This document shows, piece by piece, positions 1-9,626 of a stretch of DNA of 64,000 nucleotides (positions are counted from its first letter, which is position 1; each line of letters begins with the position of its first letter). A program made the translations under genes and the position numbers. The notes below the pieces were generated by a model. It was not told the DNA's origin. It worked only from the letters and a program-made list of their open reading frames with translations, and ran no database searches. Origin of the DNA: a bacterium (lineage in GTDB: Bacteria; Sysuimicrobiota; Sysuimicrobiia; Sysuimicrobiales; Humicultoraceae); assembly GCA_031082185.1 (NCBI GenBank), contig JAVHLI010000001.1, forward strand, positions 313,980 to 377,979, in the 5' to 3' direction.

Positions 1-242
1 GGGCCTCGCACCTGCACGTTCCCCACGCTGGCGCTGCCCTTCCCGGGCACGACCAGGCCGGCCAGGACCTTGAGCAGAGTGGTCTTGCCGCAGCCGCTGG
101 GCCCAGCCACCACCACGAACTCGCCCCGCCGCACCGTGAGACTCACGTCCTCGACGGCGCGGACCGCCTGGCCCTCGTGTTGGTAGTCCAGCGTGACGTT
201 ATCGAGGCGGACGAAGGTCTCTTCAGCGGTGAGGTTGGTCAA
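1..242 (-). CDS. ABC transporter ATP-binding protein (NitT/TauT-like), runs off the window start
   Basis: Manual translation of the minus strand from TTG at 242, overlapping the upstream stop: [20 protein letters not shown]...[37 protein letters not shown] (Walker A). Not in the ORF track because it is truncated. Confidence 0.85.
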   Translation of the reverse strand, partial: MTNLTAEETFVRLDNVTLDYQHEGQAVRAVEDVSLTVRRGEFVVVAGPSGCGKTTLLKVLAGLVVPGKGSASVGNVQVRG

Positions 243-1252
243 AACCGTCCCTCTGCGAAGGCATCAATCATGGCGCGCACGTCGTCTCCAAGGGGATACA
301 GGATGGGGCAGGTGCACCCGGCGGCCACGTACTCACGGACCTTGGCGCGGCACTCCGCTGGGGTGCCCGAGGCGGTTATCATCTGGACCACTTCGTCGGG
401 CACCAGGCGCATTGCCCTGTGGATCTCCTCCGGCCCGGCCGGCCAGGTAAGCTCTTTGCCGATCTCGTCCAGCAGCGCCGGGTTCACCCCGCTGGCCTTC
501 ATGATGTGGGGCTGCTGGCCGAGGTACTGCGTCACCAGTTCGCGGGCGCGGTCCAGTGCCAAAGAGCGATCCTCGTCCAGGGAGCAGACCACGAGCTGGG
601 GCCGGTCGAGGTCCTCGACCCTCCGCCCGGCCCTGGCGGCGCCGGCGGCAAGCGCTTCCATCGCCGTCTTGTTGTAGCCGGGGCTGACCAGGTAGTTCAG
701 CAGCACGCCGTCGGCGATCTCACCGGTCAGCTCCATCATCTTCATGCCCGTCGCGCCGATGTAGATGGGCACCTTCTTGGGCGAACGGTCGCCGTGCACG
801 ATGTCGAGCTCGATGTCGGTGACGTGCACGAACTCGCCGTGGTAGGTCACCCTCTCCATGGCCAGCAGCCGCCGGGTGACCTCGACGACCTCGCGCATCG
901 CCTGCAGCGGCTTGCGCCGGTTCACCCCGACCTTTGTGGCCAGCGGCTCCCACCAAGCGCCGACCCCGAGCATTACCCGGCCCGGCGCCAGGTCGTCGAG
1001 GGTGGAGAACGTTGCCGCCAGCAGTCCCACGTTGCGCGTCCAGAGGCTGACGACCCCCGAACCCACCTTGATCCGGTCGGTGACCGCCGCGAACGCGGCC
1101 AGCGGGATCGTGGCCTCGCGGACCAGGCGGCTCTCCGCCTGCCACACCGCCTCGAACCCGCGCTCCTCGGCGTACCGCACGTACTCCATTCCTTGGCGAA
1201 TGGGATGCTTGTCCTGCAGGTACAGGGCTACGCGTCCGCCGCCTGGTGTCAT
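239..1252 (-). CDS. LLM-class (luciferase-like, Mer-like) flavin/F420-dependent oxidoreductase
   Basis: [43 protein letters not shown] and [13 protein letters not shown] motifs. Start taken at MTPGGG (ATG 1252), coupled to the upstream stop by an ATGA overlap. Confidence 0.85.
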   Translation of the reverse strand: MTPGGGRVALYLQDKHPIRQGMEYVRYAEERGFEAVWQAESRLVREATIPLAAFAAVTDRIKVGSGVVSLWTRNVGLLAATFSTLDDLAPGRVMLGVGAWWEPLATKVGVNRRKPLQAMREVVEVTRRLLAMERVTYHGEFVHVTDIELDIVHGDRSPKKVPIYIGATGMKMMELTGEIADGVLLNYLVSPGYNKTAMEALAAGAARAGRRVEDLDRPQLVVCSLDEDRSLALDRARELVTQYLGQQPHIMKASGVNPALLDEIGKELTWPAGPEEIHRAMRLVPDEVVQMITASGTPAECRAKVREYVAAGCTCPILYPLGDDVRAMIDAFAEGRF

Positions 1253-2601
1253 GGCCTCGGTCCTCCTGCGGGTTCGAACTCGTGGGGTCCTATCTCCTCG
1301 AGGCGGCGCCACAGCCGCTCTGTCTGCGTTCTTGCCTGCGCGGCAAGCCGGTCCTGGTCTACCTTTGTCAGCCGCCGATCCGCCACCACGATCTCGCCGC
1401 CCACAACAACGTCGCGCACGTGTCGCGCCGAGAGGCCGAAGATCCAGTGGCCGGCCAGGTTGCCCTCGTGCAGCGGCGTTGGGGTAGGGTAGTCCAGCAC
1501 CGTGATGTCTGCCGGCGCGCCGGGCTCGATTCGGCCCAGCGCGGGTTCGCCCAGGATCCTCCCGGCCATGCGCGCGCCTGCGGCCATGCGCTGGAGCGGC
1601 CATGCGAAGTCGAGGAAGAGATCGTCCTCCCGGGCCCGCCAGTACGCGGCCGCCGATTCGGCGAACATGTCGGCGCCGATGCCGTCGGTGCCGAGCACCA
1701 CGCGCTCTCCGAGGCGGCCCACCCGCGCGCGGCCGACCGAGTTGTTCATATTGGACCGCGCGTTGTGCGCCACGGTCGCTCCGGAGCGGAGAATCGCGGC
1801 GATCTCGCCATCGTCCACGTGCACGCAGTGGACCAGGATTGCCCGATCATCCAGCGCGCCGGCATCGGCCAGCCGGTGCACCACGCGCCGGCCAAAGCGG
1901 GCCAGGGCATCGCGCTGGTCTGCTCCGTCTTCGGCCACGTGGACGTGAACGCCTGCGCTTGCCTGGCGCGCAAGCTCGACACAGGCGGCCAGCGTGTCCG
2001 CCGAGAGAGTGAACGACGCGTGCGCGCCCACCAGGCCCATTGCCAGGGGCCGCTGCGCGGCCAGGAACCGCCGGTTCTCCTCGACCCCGGCGCGCGCACG
2101 TTCGGGCCCATCGCGATCGGTGACCTCGTAGCAGAGAACCGAACGCAGGCCGAGTTCGCCGAGCGCGTCCGCAATGACATCGAGCGAGCCCGCGATGGCG
2201 TAGGGCGAGGCGTGGTGATCAACGACGGTGGTTGTGCCGGAAAGCAGCGCGCTCATCGCGCCGGCCAGTGCCGACGCGCGGACCGTCTCCTCGTCCAGGA
2301 CCCGGTCCAGCCGCCACCAGACGCGCCGGAGGATCTGCGTGAAGTTGGCCGGCGGCTCCAGGCCGTAGGGCATGCCTCGCGCCAGCGCAGAGTATAGATG
2401 CGTGTGCGCGCAGACGTTACCAGGGATGATCAGGCAGCCCGAGCAGTCGCGGCGCGGAAGACCCTCCGGAGCCCGGCCGACCGCGGTCACCCGGCCTCCC
2501 TCGATCAGCACGTCGGCCTGGAGAAGCGCTGGCGCGTCCAGCGACGCAAGCACGGTACCGCCGGTCAGGGCGAGACCCATCTCAGGCATTCTCAACCTCA
2601 C
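1249..2601 (-). CDS. ssnA: SsnA-like metal-dependent amidohydrolase
   Basis: [55 protein letters not shown] and LGTDG are typical of SsnA-type aminohydrolases. Confidence 0.8.
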   Translation of the reverse strand: MRLRMPEMGLALTGGTVLASLDAPALLQADVLIEGGRVTAVGRAPEGLPRRDCSGCLIIPGNVCAHTHLYSALARGMPYGLEPPANFTQILRRVWWRLDRVLDEETVRASALAGAMSALLSGTTTVVDHHASPYAIAGSLDVIADALGELGLRSVLCYEVTDRDGPERARAGVEENRRFLAAQRPLAMGLVGAHASFTLSADTLAACVELARQASAGVHVHVAEDGADQRDALARFGRRVVHRLADAGALDDRAILVHCVHVDDGEIAAILRSGATVAHNARSNMNNSVGRARVGRLGERVVLGTDGIGADMFAESAAAYWRAREDDLFLDFAWPLQRMAAGARMAGRILGEPALGRIEPGAPADITVLDYPTPTPLHEGNLAGHWIFGLSARHVRDVVVGGEIVVADRRLTKVDQDRLAAQARTQTERLWRRLEEIGPHEFEPAGGPRP

Positions 2602-5249
2602 ACACCCTCAACGCGGCCGGGCCGCGCCCTTTTGGGCACGAACCCTCGGGCCGCGGGAGAATCCTTCATGGGCAGCCGGGTCCGGCGAATGCCGTCATAG
2701 GACCACAGCGCGCCGGCGATCGCCGCGGCCGTGGGGATGTTGCCGATCTCTCCAACTCCCTTGGCCCCGTATGGTCCCTCGGGCTGGAACTCCTCGACGA
2801 AGATGCACTCAACCGCAGGCATCCCCACCGCAGGCACGATGCCCAGCGACTTGAGGGTGTCGGTCACCGGCACCCCTCCCTCCAGCACCAGTTCCTCGGA
2901 GAGCGCGTACCCCATCCCCATGTGGACGGACCCCTCTATCTGGCCTTCCAGCAGCGTCGGATTCATAACCCGGCCGACGTCGTGGGCCGCGATCACCCTG
3001 GCCACCCGCCCGTCATCGTCGAGGATTGCTACCTGGGTGGCCCAGCCGTACGCGAAGTGCGTCACCTGATCCTCCACGCCCGGGGTCGGCTTGGAGGTCC
3101 AGTCAATCACGGTCTCGCCGTAGAACTCCTGCCCGGCCAGCGACTCCAGCCGAGCATCCCCGCTCCGTCCACCCCCGAGCCGACCGCCCCCGAGATGGCC
3201 ACCCCCGAGCGCGGCCCGCAGGCGCTTCGCCGCCTCGATGACCGCCAGCCCGCCGAGGACCGTGGCGCGGGAAGCCGTGGTCTCACCGGTGCCCAACTCG
3301 CGCACCGTGTCAACCGCGACCGCCACCCGGTCGGGTGTCAGGCCGAGTTCCTCGCAGGCCACCTGTTGAAGGATGGTATGAACTCCCTGTCCCATCTCGG
3401 TCCAGGAGTGAAACACCGTGACCGTGCCGCCCTCCTCGACGCGCAGCACCGCCCTGCCGTACTCGGTCAGGCCGTTGCCGATCCCGGTGTTCTTTACGGC
3501 GCAGGCGATGCCGGCGTAGCGCGCCGAGCGAAAGGCGTCGCGCACCGCGAGCAGCGTCTTCTTGAGGCCGACGCCCGGCCCCAGCTTCTGGCCGGTGGCG
3601 AAGACGTCGCCGACGTCCAATGCGTTACGCCATCGGATCTCCCAGCGGTCTATGCCCACCCGCAGGGCCAGTGTGTCCATCATCGCTTCCATCGCGAAGC
3701 TGACTTGGTTGACCCCGAACCCGCGCATGGCGCCGGCGGGCGGGTTGTTGGTGAAGACCGCCCTTGACTCGACGTCCACGTTCGGCACGCGGTATGGGCC
3801 GCAGGCGTGGCCCGCCGCCCGCTCCAGGACTTTGTCCCCGACGCTGGCGTAGGCGCCGGTGTCCCCCACGATCCGCGCGCGCACCGCGAGCAGGCGTCCC
3901 GCCTCGTCGCAGCCGACCGTGTACTCCATGGTCATGGGATGGCGCTTGGGATGGAACCGGATGCTCTCCCGCCGTGACAGCGCCAGCATCACCGGCCGAC
4001 CGGTCATCACGGCCAGCAGTGAGGCGTGCGCCTGGACGCTCAGATCCTCCTTGCCGCCGAAGCCGCCGCCGCTGGAAACCAGCGTGACCCGGACCCTTTC
4101 CTCAGGGAGCGCGAGCACCGATGCCACCTGCCGGCGGTCCTCCCAGATGCCCTGCCCCTGCGAGAAGAAGTGCACGCCGCCGTCGCCGGAAGGCACTGCC
4201 AGGCAGGCCTCCGGCTCGAGAAACGCGTGCTCGATGGATTGGGTGCGGAAAGTCTCCCCGGCTACGAACGCAGCGCCTGCGAGCGCCGCGCCCGCGTCGC
4301 CGCGCTGCACCTTCGTCACGGAGAGCAGGTTGCCCATTTCGTGGACCACCGGGGCGCCCTCGGCCAGCGCCTCGAACGGATCGGTGACCGGGGGCAGTAC
4401 CTCGTACTCCACCTCGATGAGGGCCGCGGCCGCGCGGGCGGCGGCCCTGGACTCGGCCGCGACGACCGCCAGGATGTCCCCGACGTAGTTTGTGACCTCG
4501 CCCTCGGCCACGAACTGCCGCCAGTCGCTGAAGATCAGGCCCACCCGGCGCTCTCCAGGCACGTCGCGCCAGGTGGCCACCGCGACGACGCCGGGATGGG
4601 CGCATGCCCTCGATACGTCAATGCGCAATACCTTTGCCCGAGGGTGATCGGACCACCGCACGGCGCCGTGGAGCATGCCGGGTACGCGCATGTCGGCCAC
4701 GAACGGCTTCTGGCCCAGCACCAGATCTCGACCCTGGTACCGCGCGGTGCGCGATCCCACCTTGCCGCTGCGATCGGGCGCAGGAACCGGTTCCCCGCGC
4801 CGCGCCCCGGCGGCGTAGCTGATGGCGTCAATGATCTTGATGTAGCCGGTGCACCGGCAGAGGTTGCCGGCCAGGGCCCTGGCGATCTCCTCGCGAGAGG
4901 GATCGGGATTACGGTCCAGCAGGGATTCGGCCTTCATCACGATGCCCGGTGTACAGAATCCGCACTGGGACGCGCCGGAGGCGACGAAGCAGTCCGCCCA
5001 CTGCGCGCGGTGCTCCTCGGGCAGTCCTTCAAGCGTGGTGACCTGCCGTCCGGCGGCCCTCTCCGCCGGCTGGGCGCACGATACCACCGCCCTGCCATCC
5101 AGGAGCACCGTGCACGCGCCGCAGGAGCCCTCCGGTGCGCACCCGTCCTTCATCGAGGTCAGGCCGCACTGCTCGCGGAGCACCTCCAGCAGGCTCGCGC
5201 CCTTGCGGGCTTCCAGCGAGACCTGCCGTCCGTTGAGCGTGAACTCCAC
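2598..5249 (-). CDS. Xanthine dehydrogenase-family molybdenum hydroxylase with fused [2Fe-2S] and molybdopterin-binding domains (resembles the selenium-dependent Xdh type)
   Basis: N-terminal KDGCAPEGSCGAC, QCGFCTPG, NLCRCTGY; Moco-domain GGGFGGK, AMRGFG, EMGQG, GAKGVGE. Confidence 0.88.
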   Translation of the reverse strand: MEFTLNGRQVSLEARKGASLLEVLREQCGLTSMKDGCAPEGSCGACTVLLDGRAVVSCAQPAERAAGRQVTTLEGLPEEHRAQWADCFVASGASQCGFCTPGIVMKAESLLDRNPDPSREEIARALAGNLCRCTGYIKIIDAISYAAGARRGEPVPAPDRSGKVGSRTARYQGRDLVLGQKPFVADMRVPGMLHGAVRWSDHPRAKVLRIDVSRACAHPGVVAVATWRDVPGERRVGLIFSDWRQFVAEGEVTNYVGDILAVVAAESRAAARAAAALIEVEYEVLPPVTDPFEALAEGAPVVHEMGNLLSVTKVQRGDAGAALAGAAFVAGETFRTQSIEHAFLEPEACLAVPSGDGGVHFFSQGQGIWEDRRQVASVLALPEERVRVTLVSSGGGFGGKEDLSVQAHASLLAVMTGRPVMLALSRRESIRFHPKRHPMTMEYTVGCDEAGRLLAVRARIVGDTGAYASVGDKVLERAAGHACGPYRVPNVDVESRAVFTNNPPAGAMRGFGVNQVSFAMEAMMDTLALRVGIDRWEIRWRNALDVGDVFATGQKLGPGVGLKKTLLAVRDAFRSARYAGIACAVKNTGIGNGLTEYGRAVLRVEEGGTVTVFHSWTEMGQGVHTILQQVACEELGLTPDRVAVAVDTVRELGTGETTASRATVLGGLAVIEAAKRLRAALGGGHLGGGRLGGGRSGDARLESLAGQEFYGETVIDWTSKPTPGVEDQVTHFAYGWATQVAILDDDGRVARVIAAHDVGRVMNPTLLEGQIEGSVHMGMGYALSEELVLEGGVPVTDTLKSLGIVPAVGMPAVECIFVEEFQPEGPYGAKGVGEIGNIPTAAAIAGALWSYDGIRRTRLPMKDSPAARGFVPKRARPGRVEGV
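3150..3209. repeat. Degenerate 15-bp tandem repeat (4 units) encoding a Gly-rich insertion in the Xdh-like protein
   Basis: Units ccgagcatccccgct / ccgtccacccccgag / ccgaccgcccccgag / atggccacccccgag, encoding LGGGH-LGGGR-LGGGR-SGDAR. Confidence 0.8.
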
Positions 5250-5254
5250 TGCGA

Positions 5255-6205
5255 TCAGCCCAGGGTGATGCGCGTGCCGGTTTCCCCGCCCAGCGCCCGC
5301 TCCAGGTTCTCAGGGTTGGTGATCAACGCCTCGCCCCCGCCCCGCTCCAGGTAGCCGATGACCGCCTCCATCTTGGGAGCCATGCTGCCCTTCGCAAAGT
5401 GCACGCCCTCGGCCAGGTACTCCTTGGCCTGGGACAGGGTCATCCGCCGGATCGTCTGCTGGTTGGGCTTGCCGAAGTTGAGGGCTACCTGTTCCACCGA
5501 GGTGGTGATTACGAATAGGTCGGCGCCTATGACCGTGGCCAGCAGTGACGATGCCAGGTCCTTGTCAATGACCGCGGCCACCCCACGCAGGTTGCCTTCC
5601 GCGTCGGCTACGACCGGGATTCCGCCTCCGCCCACGGTGATGACCACGAACCCCTCGCCGATCAGGCGCTTGACCGCCTCCTCTTCGACGATGCGGATCG
5701 GGACCGGCGAGGCCACGACGCGCCGCCAGCCCCTTCCCGCGTCCTCAACCACGCTCCAGCCCTCCTCGGCTTGTCGGCGCCGGGCCTTCTCCGCGTCCAT
5801 GAACGACCCGATCGGCTTGGTCGGTTTCTGGAAGGCAGGATCGTCCGCGCTCACCTCGACCTGCGTTACCACGGTCACGGCGTCCTTCTTGATGCCGAGC
5901 CGGCGGAACTCATTGTACAGGTTCTGCTGGAGCGCATAGCCGATGGCGCCCTGGCTGTCGGCGCCGCAAACGTCGAGCGGCACCTCGTGCAGCTCGTGGG
6001 CGGCCAGCTCCGACCGGCGCAGGATGAAGCCGACCTGAGGTCCGTTGCCGTGCCCGATTGTTACGTCCCAGCCGTCCCGGATCATGCCGGCGATGCGCCG
6101 GCAGGTCTCCCTGGCGGCCTCGTACTGGTCCTGCACCGTCTGGCGTTTTGAATCCTTGATCAGCGAGTTCCCGCCGATCGCCACTACCGCGGTACGCCCG
6201 GCCAT
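5255..6205 (-). CDS. arcC: Carbamate kinase
   Basis: VAIGGNSL, HGNGPQVG, PTKPIG, WRRVVASP, GGGGIPV, AVIDKD, GSMAPK. Confidence 0.95.
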   Translation of the reverse strand: MAGRTAVVAIGGNSLIKDSKRQTVQDQYEAARETCRRIAGMIRDGWDVTIGHGNGPQVGFILRRSELAAHELHEVPLDVCGADSQGAIGYALQQNLYNEFRRLGIKKDAVTVVTQVEVSADDPAFQKPTKPIGSFMDAEKARRRQAEEGWSVVEDAGRGWRRVVASPVPIRIVEEEAVKRLIGEGFVVITVGGGGIPVVADAEGNLRGVAAVIDKDLASSLLATVIGADLFVITTSVEQVALNFGKPNQQTIRRMTLSQAKEYLAEGVHFAKGSMAPKMEAVIGYLERGGGEALITNPENLERALGGETGTRITLG

Positions 6206-6272
6206 GCGCTTCCCTCCCGCAGCCCTCTTCCCGCCGCTCTCTTCCTGGGCGCGTCGCCGTATCCGGTGCGCG

Positions 6273-7250
6273 TCAGCTCATCGTCAGGGCCATCACGGCC
6301 TTCTGTCCGTGCAGCCGGTTTTCGGCCTCGTCGTAGACCACCGATTGAGGCCCGTCAATCACCGCGTCGGTGACCTCGATGTTGCGGTCGGCGGGCAGGG
6401 GGTGCATGTAGATCGCGTCATCCCCGGCCATTGCCATGCGCCGCTCATCGGTGATCCAGTCCTTGTACTTGGCGGAGTGCTTCGCGCCTTCCTCATCGCT
6501 CTTAACGGTCAGCAGGGCGCCCCAGCTCTTCGCGTAGACGACGTCGGTGCCGCGAATGCCGGCCTCGAAGTCGTCCATGATCTCAAACCCAACCTTGGCG
6601 CGGCGTGCGTTCTCCTGCGCCTGTCCCACGATCTCGGGCATCAGCTGGAATCCCGGCGGGTGGACCAGCCGGACGTTCATGCCGAAGCGGGGCATCAGGA
6701 GGATCAGACTCTGCGGCACGCTGATCGGCTTCTGGTAGCTGGCGGCGTAGGCCCAGCTCACGGTGATGGTCTTCCCGCGCGGATCGCCCTTCTTCTCGAT
6801 AATGGTCAGCAGGTCCGCGAGGGCCTGGAACGGGTGGTAGATGTCGCACTGCATGTTCAGCACGGGCACACGGCTGGCCGCGGCGACCTCGCGGATGTAC
6901 TTGTTGCCCCCCATCCAGTCCACGTGCCTGATGGCTAGGCCGTCGTTGTAGCGTCCCAGGATCTCGCCGATCTCCTTGGCGGTGTCGCCGTGGGCGATCT
7001 GGGTGGTGCGGCTCTCGATGAACTGCGCGTGGCCGCCCAACTGCGCCATGCCGGCCTCGAACGAGGCGCGGGTGCGCGTGCTGGAGAAGAAGAACAGCAT
7101 CGCCAGCACCTTGTCGCGCAGGATGGCGTGCGGCTGGCTGAGGGCTCGGCTGCGCTTGAGATCCAAGGCCACGTCCAGCGCGGTATCGATCTCCTCCTTG
7201 GTCCACTCCTGCAGGGTGATGAGGTCACGTCCGCGGAGATATGTCTGCAT
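6273..7250 (-). CDS. OTCase-superfamily carbamoyltransferase of the knotted (YgeW/AOTCase-like) type
   Basis: STRT, HPFQ, HPLP and EAENR core motifs, plus SWAY...QKPISVPQ and VYAKSW, as in knotted transcarbamylases rather than the DVWxSMG of OTCase. Confidence 0.8.
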   Translation of the reverse strand: MQTYLRGRDLITLQEWTKEEIDTALDVALDLKRSRALSQPHAILRDKVLAMLFFFSSTRTRASFEAGMAQLGGHAQFIESRTTQIAHGDTAKEIGEILGRYNDGLAIRHVDWMGGNKYIREVAAASRVPVLNMQCDIYHPFQALADLLTIIEKKGDPRGKTITVSWAYAASYQKPISVPQSLILLMPRFGMNVRLVHPPGFQLMPEIVGQAQENARRAKVGFEIMDDFEAGIRGTDVVYAKSWGALLTVKSDEEGAKHSAKYKDWITDERRMAMAGDDAIYMHPLPADRNIEVTDAVIDGPQSVVYDEAENRLHGQKAVMALTMS

Positions 7251-7261
7251 CGGGACTCCTC

Positions 7262-8215
7262 CTATTCCACTGCGCCCAGCACGAGGGCCAGCAGCGCCAT
7301 GCGAACGACCACGCCGTTGAACGCCTCGGTCCAGTACCGAGCGTGGCGGGTGATGTCAACGTCGGGGGTAAGCTCGTCCATGCGCGGCAGGGAGTGCAGC
7401 ACGATCGCGCTGCTCTTGCCCCGCTCCCGCAGCAACTGGCGGGTGATCTTGTAGGCCGCCGGGGTGAGCCCCACGTCGCCGGAGCGCTCGTCACGGGACT
7501 TCGTGTAGTCGGGCTGGACCACGGGCTCCATGTAGATCACGTCTGCCTCGCCGATGACTTCCTCGGCCGTGGCTACCTCACGGTACCGGACGCTGAGCGC
7601 GTCGAGCTCCGCCTTGAACTCGGGAAGAAGGGACATCTCGGGCGGCGAGACCACGAACGCCTCCATGTCGAACTGCGACATCGCGTAGAGGATTGAGTGC
7701 ATCGTGCGCATCCGCATGTCGCCCACGCACAGCACCTTGAGGCCGTCCAGCGTGCCCAGCTCGCGCTGGATCGTGTATAGGTCTATCAGTACCTGGGTGG
7801 GGTGCTCCCCCCAGCCGTCGCCGCAGTTGATGATCGGCACCGAGGCCCAGCGGGCCGCCTCGTGCGGCGCGCCCTGCTGGAAATGGCGCATGGCGATGAC
7901 GTCGCCGTAGTACTCGAGCATGTGCACGGTGTCCTTGATAGACTCCTGGTAGAAGTCGCCGGCACGGGTCATCTTGGCGTCCGAGAACCCCAGCACGCTG
8001 CCTCCCAGCCGGATCATGGCCGCCTCCGTGGCCAGGCGCGTGCGGGTGCTGGGCTGGTAGAACGCGGTGACCAGGGTCTTGTGCTTCAGCAGGTCGGTGT
8101 TGCGCCGGTCGCGCGCGTAGGGCTTCAGGTCGTCCGCCACCTGGAAGACACGGAAAAACTCGTTGCGCTCGAAATCCTTGAGCGACAGGATGTCCCTACC
8201 GAGAAAGCTTCTCAT
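7262..8215 (-). CDS. Aspartate carbamoyltransferase-like protein with divergent substrate-binding loops
   Basis: FYQPSTRTRL, INCGDG-EHPTQ, RTMHS, HSLPR, NGVVVRMALL; lacks the canonical KGE and TRxQxER motifs. Confidence 0.8.
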   Translation of the reverse strand: MRSFLGRDILSLKDFERNEFFRVFQVADDLKPYARDRRNTDLLKHKTLVTAFYQPSTRTRLATEAAMIRLGGSVLGFSDAKMTRAGDFYQESIKDTVHMLEYYGDVIAMRHFQQGAPHEAARWASVPIINCGDGWGEHPTQVLIDLYTIQRELGTLDGLKVLCVGDMRMRTMHSILYAMSQFDMEAFVVSPPEMSLLPEFKAELDALSVRYREVATAEEVIGEADVIYMEPVVQPDYTKSRDERSGDVGLTPAAYKITRQLLRERGKSSAIVLHSLPRMDELTPDVDITRHARYWTEAFNGVVVRMALLALVLGAVE

Positions 8216-8261
8216 TAACCGATCCCTCCCTTTATGCCGGCCGTTCGGCCCTCGTATTGTC

Positions 8262-9626
8262 TCATCGTTTCACGCCGGTGAACAACACCGCCACGCGCTC
8301 ACCCGACCCGATGCCGCCCTCGCGATGAAGGCGCAGCAGCCCGGCCAGCCCGGCGGAGCCGGTGTGATCCACACCGATCCCCGTGGCTGCCTGCGCGAGC
8401 GCGTTGGCTTCCTTCAGTGTCTCCTCAGATACCAGGACCGGAGTGCCCCCGGTGGTTGCCATCCCCCGGAGAACCGCCAGCCAGTCGTAAGTCTCGTCAT
8501 CGAGGATGCCGTGTGCGATGCTCTTCGGCTCCTCCTCCCACGGCCACATGAACTGCGAACGGTGGGTGGCGGCGTAGCGCAATGCCTCCTCGATCCTCTC
8601 GCGGCCCTCCGGCCCGCCCTCAGGAGACGGCCCGATCCGCTCCATGAGCCGGCCGTAGGCCCGCTCCAAAGGATGGCCGCCCAGGGTCTGGACCGCGTGG
8701 ATCCGCGGCATCCGCTCCAGCGCGCCCAGGCGCACCGCGTCCTGGAGCGCCTGGATCACGGAGCTGGCCAGCGCACCGCCGCCTGTCTGGATGAACAGGC
8801 GGTCCAGCGTACTGCCGGCGGACGCCAGATCCGAGGCGATCTCGTATCCCAGGGTCTTGCCGCCGTCTATCGTCAGCCCATTGTCAGGCCCCTGGCAGGT
8901 GAACGGCAGGGCGCCCTCGCGCACCGCCTGCTGCAGCCGGTGGTAGGTAGGATCGCCGGGGGAGCCTTCCTCCCTGGGGCAGATAGTCAGGTGCGCGCCC
9001 AGCGCCTCCAATCGTGATACCACCACCGGGTCGGCGCTCGTGGGCACGAACACCTGGAGCCGCCGCCCGCCGGCCCGGGCCACCACTGCGGCGGCCAGTG
9101 CCGCGTTGCCGCAACTCGCGATGGCCAAATCGGGCGCGCCCGCGCCGGCCTGTTCGGTCCCGGCCCGAGCGGTCAGGCCGGCCCGCTCGACTACCTCCAG
9201 GTGGATCAGCAGCCCCATCAGGTGGCGCGCCTTGTGCGACCCGGAAACATTGCCGGTTTCGTTCTTCACCCAGACGCCGCCCCCGGCGAATCCAAGACGG
9301 TCGCCTAGCGGACCGCTGCGGAAGAACGGGGTGGCCTCAAACCCGCCCCCGTCCACCTGCGCCACCGCGAGGTCGAGCCGCTCGACCAGGCCGACATAGT
9401 CGGCGTCGGTGAGGCCGTGCGCCAGGGCCAGGTGGTAAGAGTGTGAGAGCTCGCGATATCGGACGAACGGGTTGGCCGGACCGTAGGCGGGAAACCGAAG
9501 GCCCGCCGGGTCCAGCACCGCGGTCATCACGTGGTCGGTATCGTCGCCCCGGCCTGCGTTGGGACACCTGAAGGGGTAGGGATCGCCGGGCGGTGCCGCG
9601 GCGCCACACCCGGTACAGGCAATCAT
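8262..9626 (-). CDS. PLP-dependent fold-type II enzyme, threonine synthase-like
   Basis: N-terminal Cxx[16 protein letters not shown] (PLP Lys), [24 protein letters not shown]. Confidence 0.8.
   Translation of the reverse strand: MIACTGCGAAAPPGDPYPFRCPNAGRGDDTDHVMTAVLDPAGLRFPAYGPANPFVRYRELSHSYHLALAHGLTDADYVGLVERLDLAVAQVDGGGFEATPFFRSGPLGDRLGFAGGGVWVKNETGNVSGSHKARHLMGLLIHLEVVERAGLTARAGTEQAGAGAPDLAIASCGNAALAAAVVARAGGRRLQVFVPTSADPVVVSRLEALGAHLTICPREEGSPGDPTYHRLQQAVREGALPFTCQGPDNGLTIDGGKTLGYEIASDLASAGSTLDRLFIQTGGGALASSVIQALQDAVRLGALERMPRIHAVQTLGGHPLERAYGRLMERIGPSPEGGPEGRERIEEALRYAATHRSQFMWPWEEEPKSIAHGILDDETYDWLAVLRGMATTGGTPVLVSEETLKEANALAQAATGIGVDHTGSAGLAGLLRLHREGGIGSGERVAVLFTGVKR

Noticed and set aside
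1253..1603. N-terminal extension of the LLM ORF in the ORF track (also long extensions of dapF, ribBA, the exonuclease and the TIGR00725 gene)
   Set aside because: They overlap the upstream gene out of frame; better starts with RBS or stop/start coupling exist downstream.
2598..5249. Selenocysteine recoding in the Xdh-like gene
   Set aside because: The ORF is continuous with no in-frame TGA; any selenium would be a labile cofactor.
5255..7250. Arginine deiminase (arc) operon
   Set aside because: No arcA or arcD is present, and the transcarbamylase has knotted-type rather than ArcB motifs.
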